Source: Nannocystales bacterium
Lineage (GTDB): Bacteria; Myxococcota_A; Polyangia; Nannocystales; Nannocystaceae
Assembly: GCA_050633305.1 (NCBI GenBank)
Contig: JBOEGF010000022.1
Location: 32,001-96,000 of the forward strand
Direction of reading: 5' to 3'
Length of the DNA stretch: 64,000 nt
The first letter of the stretch is position 1. Every line of letters begins with the position of its first letter. This document shows, one piece after another, positions 1 through 9,991 of the stretch. A program made the position numbers and the translations under genes. Below the pieces are notes generated by a model. The model made no database searches. It was not told where the DNA came from and was given only the letters and a program-made list of their open reading frames with translations.

Positions 1-979
1 CGCTGTCGGTGGCCAGGCCAGAGGGGGGACCCTCGGCAACCGTGACCTCGTCGAGAGCGCGAGAGAAGACGAAGCCTCGAAGTTTGTTGTCCTCATCGAG
101 GTCCAGTGCGAGTCCGACCGATTCGCGGGCCACGGGGATCCGGTTCGTTTCTCGGTCCCGAAGAATGAACTGGTGGTGAACAGGGTCGCTGGGGTCTTGC
201 TGCGAGCCCATCACGATGAGGGAAGGGTAGGTCGTTTGCTCAACGTCGACACACGGAGCCTCGACCATCTCCAGAATCTCGTCGTTGCAGCGACGGAAGA
301 ACTCCAGTTGCGTCTGCTCGGTGATGCCGAGGTCGGCCCTGAGCCGGCCGGCGTAGACGTACATCGTGGCGTTGGGCGAGAAGGGAGGGGTGCTCAGCAG
401 GAAAGCTTGGCCCTCTACGAACGCGAGGTCTCGGTGCCAGTCGGTGACGTCGCAGGTGGTGAACTGTGGCTCCTCGAACGGGTCGGTTTCCCCGTCGGTG
501 CAGAGCTGAGCAAGGCTGCCGGGGAACCAGCTCAGGTTGGGGGACACGGCACGCAGAGGGTTGACGCCCACGCCCACGGCCTCGAATTGCCAGAGCCGGT
601 ACGAGCCCGGCCCGGACTCGACGAGCCATGCTGACCCCGCCGCGGGCCCGGGTCGGAGTTCGACGTCTACGGTGTTCGGCAAGAAGTCGGTGAGGTCCAC
701 GCGGTGGTCCACCGCCCCATCGCGGACATGCATCATCGCGAACTGTGCCGCCGCGTCGTCGACTTCGACCAACGCCCAGAAGTCGAGCCGGCCGGGCTCA
801 TCGAGCGCCACGCCGATGACGCGGGACCAGGGTTGCTCCGGACGATCGAGGTTGGGGACCAGCACCTCCGCGGAGGCCCGGGCGCAGTTCGGGGAGGTGT
901 CGAGGACGACGGGGCTGAACCGCTCGCCGTCGTCGCAGGAGACCAGCGCAAGCCAAGCCAGCGAGAGGAGCCGTTTCAT
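1..979 (-). CDS. Putative lipoprotein, runs off the left edge of the window
   Basis: Not in the ORF track because no stop lies in the window. Read by hand from ATG 979, which overlaps the bioA stop (ATGA): MKRLLSLAWLALVSC-DDGERF..., lipobox-like, open to position 1. Confidence 0.75.
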   Translation of the reverse strand, partial: MKRLLSLAWLALVSCDDGERFSPVVLDTSPNCARASAEVLVPNLDRPEQPWSRVIGVALDEPGRLDFWALVEVDDAAAQFAMMHVRDGAVDHRVDLTDFLPNTVDVELRPGPAAGSAWLVESGPGSYRLWQFEAVGVGVNPLRAVSPNLSWFPGSLAQLCTDGETDPFEEPQFTTCDVTDWHRDLAFVEGQAFLLSTPPFSPNATMYVYAGRLRADLGITEQTQLEFFRRCNDEILEMVEAPCVDVEQTTYPSLIVMGSQQDPSDPVHHQFILRDRETNRIPVARESVGLALDLDEDNKLRGFVFSRALDEVTVAEGPPSGLATDS

Positions 980-2304
980 CCGAGCACGGCCTCGAGCGCC
1001 TGGACGGTCGCTGCGGCGAGAGCCTCGAGCTCGGCGTCGGTGATCGACAACGGCGGCATCCAGTACAGGGTATCGTGCAGGGGTCGCAGGAGCGCGCCCG
1101 CTTCGATGCCCGCCTCTCGGATCGCAAGGCTGAGGCGCCCGCCGACGGGCATTTTGTCCCCGGGGTCCAGGTCAAACGCGACGATCATTCCCGCCTGCCG
1201 ATGCGCTCGGATCACGCCCGCGCAGTGAGCGGCGACCGATGCCTGGGCGCGGGTCATCGCCTCGACCCGTCCCGCGAGGGTTGGGAGTCGTTCGTCGTGC
1301 ATCAGACGCAGGCTCGCCACTCCGGCCGCGCACGCGATCGGATTCCCGGTGAACGTGTGGCTGTGGAGGAAGGAGCGCTCGAGGCCGCCTTTGAACCCGT
1401 CATCGAACCCGCGTGTCACCAGAACGCAGGACAAAGGCAGGACCCCTCCGGACAGCCCCTTGCTGAGGCACAGGAGGTCGGGGGACACGCCCGCCCACGT
1501 GCTGGCGAACAGCTCTCCGGTGCGTCCGAAGGCAACCGCGATCTCGTCGGCGATGACGTGGATGCCAAGGGCTTGGGCTTCGCGGACGAGGCGGGCGTAG
1601 AACCCTGCGCCCGGCATCGCCATCTTGCCGGCTCCTTGAACGAGCGGCTCCATGACGAGCGCAGTCAGCTCGTGGGCGTGCTCCTGCAACAGGGCGACGG
1701 CCTCGTTGGCCTCGGGGCTGTCGGCGCCCACTTCGGTGCCCAGGTCGCTGTGGCGGTGGGACGGATGGGCGGGGGTGGGCAGGTACAGGACATCGGGAAG
1801 CAACGGGGCGAACAGCTCCCGGTACGCGTCGGTCCCGCTCACCCCCAGGGCGCCCAACGTCTCGCCGTGATAGCTGTTGCGTAGCGCCGCAAAGCGTTGC
1901 CGGTTCGGCTCGCCGTTTTGGCGCCGCCGTTGAAACGACATCTTCATCGCGACTTCGATCGCTGCCGAGCCACAGTCTGCGAAGAACACCCGTCCGTAGT
2001 CTCCCGGAGCGACTTCGAGGAGGGACTCGGCGAGCTGGACGGCTGGCTCATGGGTGAAGCCTGCGAGCATGACGTGGTCGAGCCGCTGTGCCTGCTGCGT
2101 GATCGCGTCCACGATGGCGGGGTGCCCATGTCCGTGCAGACAGGTCCACCACGAGGAGATGCCGTCGAGCAGCTGCCGACCATCCCCGGTCTGAAGCATC
2201 ACCCCCTGAGCGCCTGTGATCGGGACCGGCGGCAGCCGCTGGTGATCCGCGAAATGGCTGGCGGGATGCCATACGGCGGCGAGGTCACGCTCGACGAGGC
2301 TCAT
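976..2304 (-). CDS. bioA: Adenosylmethionine-8-amino-7-oxononanoate aminotransferase (class III PLP)
   Basis: VWHP, DGISSWWTCLHGH, CGSAAIEVAMKM, SYHGET, IADEIAVAFGRTG, SKGLSGG (PLP lysine) and HSHTFTGNP motifs. Confidence 0.92.
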   Translation of the reverse strand: MSLVERDLAAVWHPASHFADHQRLPPVPITGAQGVMLQTGDGRQLLDGISSWWTCLHGHGHPAIVDAITQQAQRLDHVMLAGFTHEPAVQLAESLLEVAPGDYGRVFFADCGSAAIEVAMKMSFQRRRQNGEPNRQRFAALRNSYHGETLGALGVSGTDAYRELFAPLLPDVLYLPTPAHPSHRHSDLGTEVGADSPEANEAVALLQEHAHELTALVMEPLVQGAGKMAMPGAGFYARLVREAQALGIHVIADEIAVAFGRTGELFASTWAGVSPDLLCLSKGLSGGVLPLSCVLVTRGFDDGFKGGLERSFLHSHTFTGNPIACAAGVASLRLMHDERLPTLAGRVEAMTRAQASVAAHCAGVIRAHRQAGMIVAFDLDPGDKMPVGGRLSLAIREAGIEAGALLRPLHDTLYWMPPLSITDAELEALAAATVQALEAVLG

Positions 2305-2376
2305 CGACGCGGAGGCTAGCAGTCCGCCGGGCGAACTTGCTACGCCACAGCCGGGAGCGGTGGCCGTGGGCGGCGG

Positions 2377-4629
2377 CTAGGGGTCGCCCGGTGGGCTCGG
2401 AGCGGCCATCTCCGCGGCGCGTGGACCGGCCGGGGCCCCATCGAGGGTCCGCCGCAGGGTCGCAACGACGGGCAGATCGGCGTCCGCGTCCCGCCAACGC
2501 TGTGCGGCCGCCACGCGATACGCGTTCGCGGAGGGAGCATCGCCGGAGCGCTGTGAGACGTCGGCCGCCAAGATGCTCACCCAGGGGTCGTCGGGGGTGG
2601 CGGAGAGCAGGCGGCTGACATGCTCGCGGGCGTGCCCGAGCGCTTCTGACTCTCCGGCGTCGGCTCGGCAGAGGGCGCCGCGCAACATGGCCTCGGTGGG
2701 GGTCGTCTCGAACCCCCAGGGCGCAACGGTGAGGACGGTCGCGGGCGTTTCGAGGTCGGGGCAGGGGTCTGTCGCGATGCGAGCGAGCCCAGTCGGGCTG
2801 TCGCTCCACAACGCGCGTGCAAAGCCGGGGGGGAGGTCGGTGCAGGCCGCGGGCGGCTGCGCGACGCCGAACTTCCAGGCCAGGCCGCACCAGAGGTCCC
2901 GTAGACCGGCGGCGTGCGGGTGGCTCTCGCCCAGGGCTTCGATTCTCGTCCACGCGGATCGCATGCGGCCCGCGTCCATCTCCAAGGCCAGGCTCGCGGT
3001 CGGGTCGAGCGCCTGAACCCGTCGTGCGAGGACGAGGGCTCGGTCGTGCTGCCCGCGCCGGGACGCCAACCACGCGAGGTGCCGGGCGTACAGAGGCACG
3101 TGCGGCTGAGCATCGACCCGGGCGGCGAGATGCTGCTGTGCTTCGTCAAGCCGCCCCAGACTGAGGGCCAGATCGACACGGGCGCGCTGCCTCCGATGCT
3201 GGAGGCGGCCGGGCGTGTCGTCGTTCTCGTCAGGCTCGAGCAGCGCGAGGGCTTCGAGCGCTCGCTCCCGGCTCGACGCGTTCGCTTCGTACAGCGTCGG
3301 GACGAGGGTGTTGTCGGCCCATAGGGGAAGAAACTCTCCCGCGTCCTTGGGCCCCTGAATGTCGAGCTCGAAGCGTTCGGCGCATGCAAGCTCGGCGCGG
3401 CGACGCCAGGTCCGGTTGCCGTCGAGGTGCCCCTCGATGCCGCACGCTGCCGCACGACCCGGAGCGTCTCCGAGGGCATGAAGGACCGTCGCTCTCCAGA
3501 ACACCAGCGCTGCGCTGCGGGGGGCTCGCGTCGCGAGCCGGTCCATCACACGGAGCGCGGCGGCGTCGTCCCCCGCATCGAACATGCGAACCGCAGCGTC
3601 GAGGTCCATGCGCGTCTGAGGGTCCGGAAGTCCGCGGCTGCGTTCGGCCCAGGGGGTCCGCCACAACGCTGCTGCACCCGCCAAGCCGATCGCACCGGCA
3701 CCGATCAGCGCGAGCCGTCGTCGTCTCGTGCTTCGCAACGGGCTGAGCAGATCGATCGCCGCGGCGGCGGAGGGCGGCCGCTCTGCGGGCGAATGGCTCA
3801 AGCACCGCATGCACAGGCGAAGCAGCGGCCATGGGGTATCTCGGCGCAGGGCCCGGATCGGGGGAGGGCGGGTCGAGGCGAGTGCTTGCAGGTAGCCGGC
3901 GGGGGTCTTGGCAGACCACGGCAAGCGGCCCGTGACCATCTGGTAGAGCATCACGCCGAACGCGAACAGGTCGGAGCGTACGGACGCGCCCTGGCCCTCC
4001 CACAGCTCGGGGGCCATGTACGCTGGAGACCCGAAAATGGTGCCGGCCTCGGTGCGCACCAGCGCGTGCACGGAACTTGCGCTCGGGTCGCCTTGCGGGG
4101 CCTCTTCGATCCCCGCGACCCCGAAGTCCATGACGATCGCACCGCGGTGGGTGAGCATGACGTTGCCCGGTTTGAGGTCGCGGTGAATCACCCCGACTTG
4201 GTGCGCCGACTCGAGACCATCGAGGACCGCCAAGGCGGTCCGTCGCAGGGCTTTGAAGTCCAGGGGTCCTTCATCGCCGTCGAGGCGTTCTTGAAGGGTT
4301 TGTCCCTGGATGTACTCCATCGTGAAGAACGGGAGGCCCCCCTCTTCGCCGGTGTCGTAGATCCGGACGACGTGCGGGTGCGTCACGGCGTGCGCCAGGG
4401 CGACCTCGCGGAGGAAACGGCGCACGGTGTCGCGGTTCTTGGCGAGCTGCGGGTCGAGGGCTTTGAGGGCGACGGACTTGTTCAGCAGCTGGTCTCGGGC
4501 AAGCCAGACATGACCATTGGCCCCGCGTCCGAGCAAGCGCTCCAAGACGTACCGCCGACCCATGAGCGTGCCGGCCTCCCACACGATGGAGGCGCCCGGC
4601 GCTTCCTGCTCGTGCGGCGTCTCGTCCAT
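2377..4629 (-). CDS. Membrane Ser/Thr protein kinase with extracytoplasmic TPR-like region
   Basis: GRGANG, VALK, HRDLKPGN, DFG and GSPAYMAPE, then a TM segment (LALIGAGAIGLAGAAALW) and helical repeats. Start placed at ATG 4629; the ORF extends to 4674. Confidence 0.9.
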   Translation of the reverse strand: MDETPHEQEAPGASIVWEAGTLMGRRYVLERLLGRGANGHVWLARDQLLNKSVALKALDPQLAKNRDTVRRFLREVALAHAVTHPHVVRIYDTGEEGGLPFFTMEYIQGQTLQERLDGDEGPLDFKALRRTALAVLDGLESAHQVGVIHRDLKPGNVMLTHRGAIVMDFGVAGIEEAPQGDPSASSVHALVRTEAGTIFGSPAYMAPELWEGQGASVRSDLFAFGVMLYQMVTGRLPWSAKTPAGYLQALASTRPPPIRALRRDTPWPLLRLCMRCLSHSPAERPPSAAAAIDLLSPLRSTRRRRLALIGAGAIGLAGAAALWRTPWAERSRGLPDPQTRMDLDAAVRMFDAGDDAAALRVMDRLATRAPRSAALVFWRATVLHALGDAPGRAAACGIEGHLDGNRTWRRRAELACAERFELDIQGPKDAGEFLPLWADNTLVPTLYEANASSRERALEALALLEPDENDDTPGRLQHRRQRARVDLALSLGRLDEAQQHLAARVDAQPHVPLYARHLAWLASRRGQHDRALVLARRVQALDPTASLALEMDAGRMRSAWTRIEALGESHPHAAGLRDLWCGLAWKFGVAQPPAACTDLPPGFARALWSDSPTGLARIATDPCPDLETPATVLTVAPWGFETTPTEAMLRGALCRADAGESEALGHAREHVSRLLSATPDDPWVSILAADVSQRSGDAPSANAYRVAAAQRWRDADADLPVVATLRRTLDGAPAGPRAAEMAAPSPPGDP

Positions 4630-4642
4630 CGAGCGAAGGATA

Positions 4643-6334
4643 TCAGAGCCGGCGGACGGCTCGAATGGCCTCAAAGAGGACGCCCAGGCCCAGCAGTAGC
4701 AAGCCTCCGCCCATCCCGATCAGCAGCGGGTCGGTCATGTGCGAGAGGTTGATCGCCATCGCGATCAGGGTGCTCGCCATCATGCCGACCGCGGGGATCG
4801 CAGCAGGCCACGAAGGCCAGCCCTTCTTGCGCAAGTAGATGGTGACCACGATCAAGGTGAGGCTCGCGAGGAGCTGGTTGGTGGTGCCGAACAGCTGCCA
4901 CAGCGCGAGGCCTGCGGGCCTCGCCACCATCACGCCGCCGACCTCCACCTGAACCTCGTAGAACGCGAACAGGGCGATGACCCCGCAGGCGATGGCCGAG
5001 GCGACGTAGCGGTTTTGCGTGCCGGGGATCTTGAACGTTGCGCCAATCTCCTCGACGTTGAACCGCAGCAGCCGGGTCGCCGAATCGAGGGTGGTCAGCG
5101 CGAACGAAACCACAACCATTGCGATGAGAGCAGCTGCGAGATCGGGGCTGAGTCCCAGGCTGGTGAGGAAGGCGGTTGTCCCCTGAATGAACGTATCGAT
5201 CTTGCTCGGCAGCGCTTGGACCGACGCCCAGTCGTGATAGATGCCGTGCCAGGCCTCGGACGAGGAAATGCCCGCAGTACAAGCGAGGGTGGCGAGCAGC
5301 CCGAGGAGGCTCTCTCCGATCATCGCGCCGTACCCGATCGACTTCGCGTGCGTCTCCTTGTCGAGTTGCTTGGCGGTGGTACCGGAACTGACCAGCCCGT
5401 GAAACCCGCTCGCAGCCCCGCATGCGACAACGATGAACACGAACGGGATCACCGAGGGCGCACCTTCGGGATCGAGTCGAACCGCCGGCGCGGCGAACTC
5501 ATGGCCGCCGACCATCAGTCCGACGTACGCGAGGCCCAACCCGAGGTAGAGCAGCAGGCCGTTGAGAAAATCGCGGGACTGAAGGAGCGCCCACACCGGC
5601 ATGACGGATGCCGCGAACGCGTAGGCGAGCAGGACCCACGTCCATGTCGCGGGCAGCGGCCATGCCGACTCGGCCAGACCCATTGTCGGAAACTCCATCC
5701 CCAGACCGATGCCGCCCAGCTCGAGTGTGAAGCCGACGATGGCGACAGGCAGGAGGCGGACGCCCTTCTTGTGCATGAGAACGCCCGCGACCAGGGCGAT
5801 GATCATCAGGAGTAGCGACGGAAGAACGGCCTGCGGGTATCCCGGTGCGCCGGGAGCCAGCTCTAGCGCGAACAGGCGGGAGATGACGTAGACGAACACG
5901 CCCATGGCGAGCGCGACGCCGAAGAAGATGATGAAGTGAAGCAGGGTGCGGGCGCGTGGCCCGATGACGTCGCGGGAGACTTCACCGATCGACTTGCCCT
6001 CGTGCCGAACCGACACGACCAGCGCGGAGAAGTCGTGCACACAGCCGACAAACAGGGCGCCGAGCACGACCCAGCAGACCGCTGGCAGCCAGCCCCAGAT
6101 CACGGCAACCGCGGGACCGAGCATGGGCGCCAGGCCGGTGATGGATGCGAAGTGGTGGCCGAAGAGGATCGCCGGCCGGGTCGGCACGTAGTCGATGTCG
6201 TCGCGCAACGCATGGCTTGGCGTTGTGGCAGACGCGTCGAGGTGGAACACGCGCGTGGCCAAGAAGCGCGCGTAGACCCGGTAGCCCACGACGTAGGCGG
6301 CGAAGGCGCAGAGAACGACAACAACGGGAGACAC
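4643..6334 (-). CDS. cstA: Carbon starvation protein A family transporter
   Basis: DDIDYVPT, LFGHHFASITGLAPMLGP, GCVHDF, ACGAASGFHGLVSSGTT, FALTTLDSATRL and WQLFGTTNQLLA. Confidence 0.92.
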   Translation of the reverse strand: MSPVVVVLCAFAAYVVGYRVYARFLATRVFHLDASATTPSHALRDDIDYVPTRPAILFGHHFASITGLAPMLGPAVAVIWGWLPAVCWVVLGALFVGCVHDFSALVVSVRHEGKSIGEVSRDVIGPRARTLLHFIIFFGVALAMGVFVYVISRLFALELAPGAPGYPQAVLPSLLLMIIALVAGVLMHKKGVRLLPVAIVGFTLELGGIGLGMEFPTMGLAESAWPLPATWTWVLLAYAFAASVMPVWALLQSRDFLNGLLLYLGLGLAYVGLMVGGHEFAAPAVRLDPEGAPSVIPFVFIVVACGAASGFHGLVSSGTTAKQLDKETHAKSIGYGAMIGESLLGLLATLACTAGISSSEAWHGIYHDWASVQALPSKIDTFIQGTTAFLTSLGLSPDLAAALIAMVVVSFALTTLDSATRLLRFNVEEIGATFKIPGTQNRYVASAIACGVIALFAFYEVQVEVGGVMVARPAGLALWQLFGTTNQLLASLTLIVVTIYLRKKGWPSWPAAIPAVGMMASTLIAMAINLSHMTDPLLIGMGGGLLLLGLGVLFEAIRAVRRL

Positions 6335-6409
6335 GGTTGCTCGGCTTCTTACACCGAGTGGTGCCGCAGGTCACCGTGCGGCGGATGTCCCACCGACTAC
6401 ACTCTGTGC

Positions 6410-7117
6410 GTGCGTAGGTGGCTGTTGGCGGGGTTCTTCGGGCTGGCGGGCTGTTTCGTACAGGTTGAGCCGCCACCCCGTACGGCCGGCGAGGACACCG
6501 ACGACAACGACGCGTGTGCTTCGGTTGCGTGTTCCGTGGACGGCTACTGCGACGAGGGGGAGTGTTTCTGCAACCCCTACTTCGGAGGCAACGCCTACGC
6601 GTTGCATGGATGCCAGCCAAGCCAAGCGTCAGCCGATGCCTGCGAAACCACGTGTGGACTCAACGCCTACTGTGACGACGGCGCCGGGTGTGTCTGCGCG
6701 GACGGCTTCGTGGCGGTGTGCGGAACCGGGGACTGCATGCCGATCGAGTTGGTATGCGACGGTGTCGAAGACTGCATCAACGAGCGCGATGAAGACCCGG
6801 AGGTGTGCGAGGTCGCTGAAGTTCAGCAGTGGACGCTGATCGACGGGTGTGACGACGGTGTCGACGTGTCGTGGAGGTTGTGGGCACGCGATCGTGGGTG
6901 GGTGTGGCCCTCGCTCGAGGAGGTGTTCTCGAGTGAGGGGCTCGATGTGGTCTCGCGCACTACGATCGAGTGTGTCCGTGGTGAAACGATCTGTCTGGGC
7001 GCTCAGGCCGGTGATGTGGAGTGGGGTATCGGCGCGTTCGGCAACGGAACGTGTGAGGACTGTTGCAAGCCGTGCCTGCCGGGCGTGATCGAGTTCGGAA
7101 CCGTCGCTTGTCCCTGA
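6410..7117 (+). CDS. Cys-rich lipoprotein with EGF-like repeats and an LDL-receptor class A-like module
   Basis: GTG 6410 MRRWLLAGFFGLAGC lipobox; two EGF-like Cys arrays; CGTGDCMPIELVCDGVEDCINERDE resembles the LDLa core. Confidence 0.75.
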   Translation: MRRWLLAGFFGLAGCFVQVEPPPRTAGEDTDDNDACASVACSVDGYCDEGECFCNPYFGGNAYALHGCQPSQASADACETTCGLNAYCDDGAGCVCADGFVAVCGTGDCMPIELVCDGVEDCINERDEDPEVCEVAEVQQWTLIDGCDDGVDVSWRLWARDRGWVWPSLEEVFSSEGLDVVSRTTIECVRGETICLGAQAGDVEWGIGAFGNGTCEDCCKPCLPGVIEFGTVACP

Positions 7118-7333
7118 CAGCGCCTCCCATGTCCCCACCTGAAACACCCTCGATTCCGACCAAGGGGATTCCCAGAGCTGCGCGCGCCCACAAACTCCTT
7201 CATCGTCCCGGCGTGTGGTCACTCGCGATCGGGACCTCGTTTCGCGTCCGCCATTTGGTGCCCGGCGGTGGACGGGGTGGGGGCCCGGTGGCATAGTCCC
7301 GCGGCGCCGCCAACCGGTGGCCTGTGTGTCGAA

Positions 7334-7819
7334 ATGACCGAGATCGCTCAGCTGTTCGAGTCCGCACTGCGGGAGAACCGGGCCAGCCTCCTGCGCAAGG
7401 CTGCCAAGAGCACGATTGCGCGCATGCCCCCCTCAACGACGCTCTCGTCGCTTCTCGAGAGTGACGCGGGCGAAGCGGTTCGGGCGCTCACGCTGACCGA
7501 GCTGACCGAGGCGCTGGAGGAAGCCGGCCTCACGCCCGCGGCCTCGGCTCCGCTCGCAGCCCGTCGGCGCCGAGTCGTCGAGGACGATGCCAGCGGGAGC
7601 GACAGCGCAGACTGGGGTGGCGAGGCTGCCGAAGCTCAACTCTTCCGCCGGATCATCGACGCGATGTCGGACGAGCCGCTCACGATTGGCCAGCTCTCCA
7701 AAGAGGTCGGCATCGCGGTGGACGAGCTTCGGGGCTATCTCGCGTGGATGAAGAAAGCGGGCAAGGTCACCAGCGCGGGCCGGGCGCGCGCGACCCGGTA
7801 CCAAGCCGTCCAAGAGTAG
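7334..7819 (+). CDS. Putative DNA-binding protein with C-terminal winged HTH
   Basis: C-terminus IIDAMSDEPLTIGQLSKEVGIAVDELRGYLAWMKKAGKVTSAGRARATRY has a wHTH pattern. Start placed at ATG 7334. Confidence 0.65.
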   Translation: MTEIAQLFESALRENRASLLRKAAKSTIARMPPSTTLSSLLESDAGEAVRALTLTELTEALEEAGLTPAASAPLAARRRRVVEDDASGSDSADWGGEAAEAQLFRRIIDAMSDEPLTIGQLSKEVGIAVDELRGYLAWMKKAGKVTSAGRARATRYQAVQE

Positions 7820-7828
7820 GCTCGCCGG

Positions 7829-7860
7829 TGTCTCACGGTTGTCTCGCGGCTGTCTCGCGG
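7829..7860 (+). repeat. Three direct repeats TGTCTC(A/G)CGG at 11-bp period, probable transcription-factor site
   Basis: TGTCTCACGG (7829), TGTCTCGCGG (7840) and TGTCTCGCGG (7851), ending 10 bp before the ATG at 7871. Confidence 0.7.
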
Positions 7861-7870
7861 AGTTCGAACG

Positions 7871-8278
7871 ATGGACGACGACCAGCAGACCGGGCTTGAG
7901 CTTCGCGAGCTCGTCGCCGACCTCAAACACGACCTCGCGAAGTACGTCGCGTGGCGTAGCGCGAACTACGGGGACGATGCCTGGGAGGGTCCGCTCACCG
8001 ACGAGTTCGCGGCCGCGCTGCAGGACGACGTCCTGCGGACGAAGGGCAACCTGAGCGCATGGCAGGTGTGGGATGCGGCGCGCCCGGGTCTTGGCGACCC
8101 GTTACCGTACCCTCACCTGAGAGAAATCGATGAGGCGGTGGAGTTGCTGAGGTCTCACGAAACGGCCCTACGCGCCGGAGGAGAGCCGTTGGCGGCCATT
8201 CGGGGGACGGTTCGAGAGGCTCAGCAGAGCATTCGTTCGCAGCTCCGCGAGCTGCACCGTACACTCGCCGCAGGGTAG
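7871..8278 (+). CDS. Small helical protein with H-box-like motif (possible stand-alone DHp/phosphotransfer protein)
   Basis: LVADLKHDLAKY resembles a HisKA H-box; first gene of a tight operon with two-component genes. Confidence 0.55.
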   Translation: MDDDQQTGLELRELVADLKHDLAKYVAWRSANYGDDAWEGPLTDEFAAALQDDVLRTKGNLSAWQVWDAARPGLGDPLPYPHLREIDEAVELLRSHETALRAGGEPLAAIRGTVREAQQSIRSQLRELHRTLAAG

Positions 8279-8281
8279 TCG

Positions 8282-9991
8282 GTGTCGCAGATCCTCATCA
8301 TCGACGACGAAGACAAGTACTTCGAGCTGTGCCAACGGTTCATCGAAGGGCACGACTTCCTGCCGCCCGCTCGCAACTTCCGCGAGGCCGAAGCGACCCT
8401 CGAGGCGCATCGCGGCAAGGTCGACTTGGTGCTGCTCGACGTGCACTTCGACATCCCGGACGAGGACCTGCTCCCGTACGACAAGACGGAGCTGCTCGCT
8501 GGCAAGGACCGCAAGCGAGCGATCGAGCGGCTGCGCCGAGGGCAGGGGCTACACATTCTCGACCAGCTGCGGCGCGTGGTCCCGGACCTGCCGGTCATCG
8601 TGATGACCGCGCGGGACGACCTCCCGATCGAGGCGGACTCGGAGCGCCTCCAAGCCGAGGATTACACGTACCTTCTCGATGACGAGTATCTCGACGCTCG
8701 CTCGCTGCGGCTGCAGATCGAGAACATCCTCGCCCAGCGATCCGGTCCCTCAGGGGACGAGGAGGATGAGCCCTTCTACTGGGGCGAGACTTCCCGGATG
8801 CAGGGGCTGCGTCGGCGATTGTCGATTCTCGCCCGCGGTCAGTTGCCGATCATCCTGCTGGGGTCCACCGGGACAGGCAAGAGCCTCGTCGCGCGGGAGT
8901 TCATTCATGCCCGCTCGCATCGAGAGGGACCGTTCGTCGCGGTCGACCTCTCGACCGTGCCGCACGACCTGATGGGCGCGCATCTGTTTGGCGTGGTCAA
9001 GGGCGCGTACACGGGGGCGACAGCGTCTCGTGAAGGCGTGCTCCAACACGCGCACGGCGGGACCCTGTTTCTCGACGAGATCGGCAACCTGAGCTTGGAG
9101 CTGCAGAAGGCGCTGCTCCAGGTCCTGCAAGAGGGCCGCTATCGCCCGGTCGGCTCGGTGGACGAGCGGGTCGCGGACGTGAAGTTGGTGGTGGCGACCA
9201 ACGAAAACCTGGTCGAAATGGTTCGCCAGGGGAAGTTTCGCGAGGACCTCTACATGCGGCTCAACCCGGCGACCGCGATGCGCCTGCCGAGCCTGACCGA
9301 GCGCAAGGATGACTTCTCGGTCCTGCTGGAGGTGTTCGTCGCTCGAGTTGCGCAGGAGGCTTACAACGCGGACTTGTTGCGGCAGTACGCCGCTCAGCGG
9401 GGGATGGCTGTGCCCGAGACCGAAGCCGTGCCCGTGTCGGTGAGCCGGAAGGTCCCGTCCAAAGCGGACAGTCGTCGGATTCATTTCGTGTTCCACCCCA
9501 GCAGCTACAAGCAGCTGCGGGACTTCGCGTGGCCGGGGAACTTCCGGCAGTTTGAGATGTTCCTCTCCAACCTCATCACGCTGTCGTTGGTCGAGCTTGT
9601 CGACCAAGTGGATGTGGTCGAGCCCAGCAACCCGGCCGAGGCAAGCCGGCCCGACGTCATCCCGATTCTGCCTCGCATCGTGCGTGAGCTGATGCGGCCG
9701 ATGGACATCTCTCGGGTCGAGCCCGAGAACGATGCCGCACCGGTGCGCGTCCTGGACGATGGAGGACATCGGCTGGGCGTGACGCTGCAGGCGGGGGACT
9801 CGCTCAACGCCGTCTCGTGCGCCGTGGAGCGGCAGTATCTGGAGCTGTTGTTCGAGAAATACGAGGGGGACCTCGCGCGTATGGCAGGGGTGCTGCTCTC
9901 GGACCCCACGTCCGGACGCAAGGTCCAACTGCGTATGAACCAACTCGGCATCAAGCTTCGGTCGCTCAAACAGCGGCGGCGCAGCCGATGA
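8282..9991 (+). CDS. Sigma54-dependent response regulator (REC-AAA+-HTH, NtrC-like, atypical receiver)
   Basis: ILIIDDE and LVLLDV; Walker A GSTGTGKS; GAYTGA loop; GTLFLDEIG; FREDLYMRL; WPGNFRQ; degenerate Fis-like C-terminus. Confidence 0.92.
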   Translation: MSQILIIDDEDKYFELCQRFIEGHDFLPPARNFREAEATLEAHRGKVDLVLLDVHFDIPDEDLLPYDKTELLAGKDRKRAIERLRRGQGLHILDQLRRVVPDLPVIVMTARDDLPIEADSERLQAEDYTYLLDDEYLDARSLRLQIENILAQRSGPSGDEEDEPFYWGETSRMQGLRRRLSILARGQLPIILLGSTGTGKSLVAREFIHARSHREGPFVAVDLSTVPHDLMGAHLFGVVKGAYTGATASREGVLQHAHGGTLFLDEIGNLSLELQKALLQVLQEGRYRPVGSVDERVADVKLVVATNENLVEMVRQGKFREDLYMRLNPATAMRLPSLTERKDDFSVLLEVFVARVAQEAYNADLLRQYAAQRGMAVPETEAVPVSVSRKVPSKADSRRIHFVFHPSSYKQLRDFAWPGNFRQFEMFLSNLITLSLVELVDQVDVVEPSNPAEASRPDVIPILPRIVRELMRPMDISRVEPENDAAPVRVLDDGGHRLGVTLQAGDSLNAVSCAVERQYLELLFEKYEGDLARMAGVLLSDPTSGRKVQLRMNQLGIKLRSLKQRRRSR

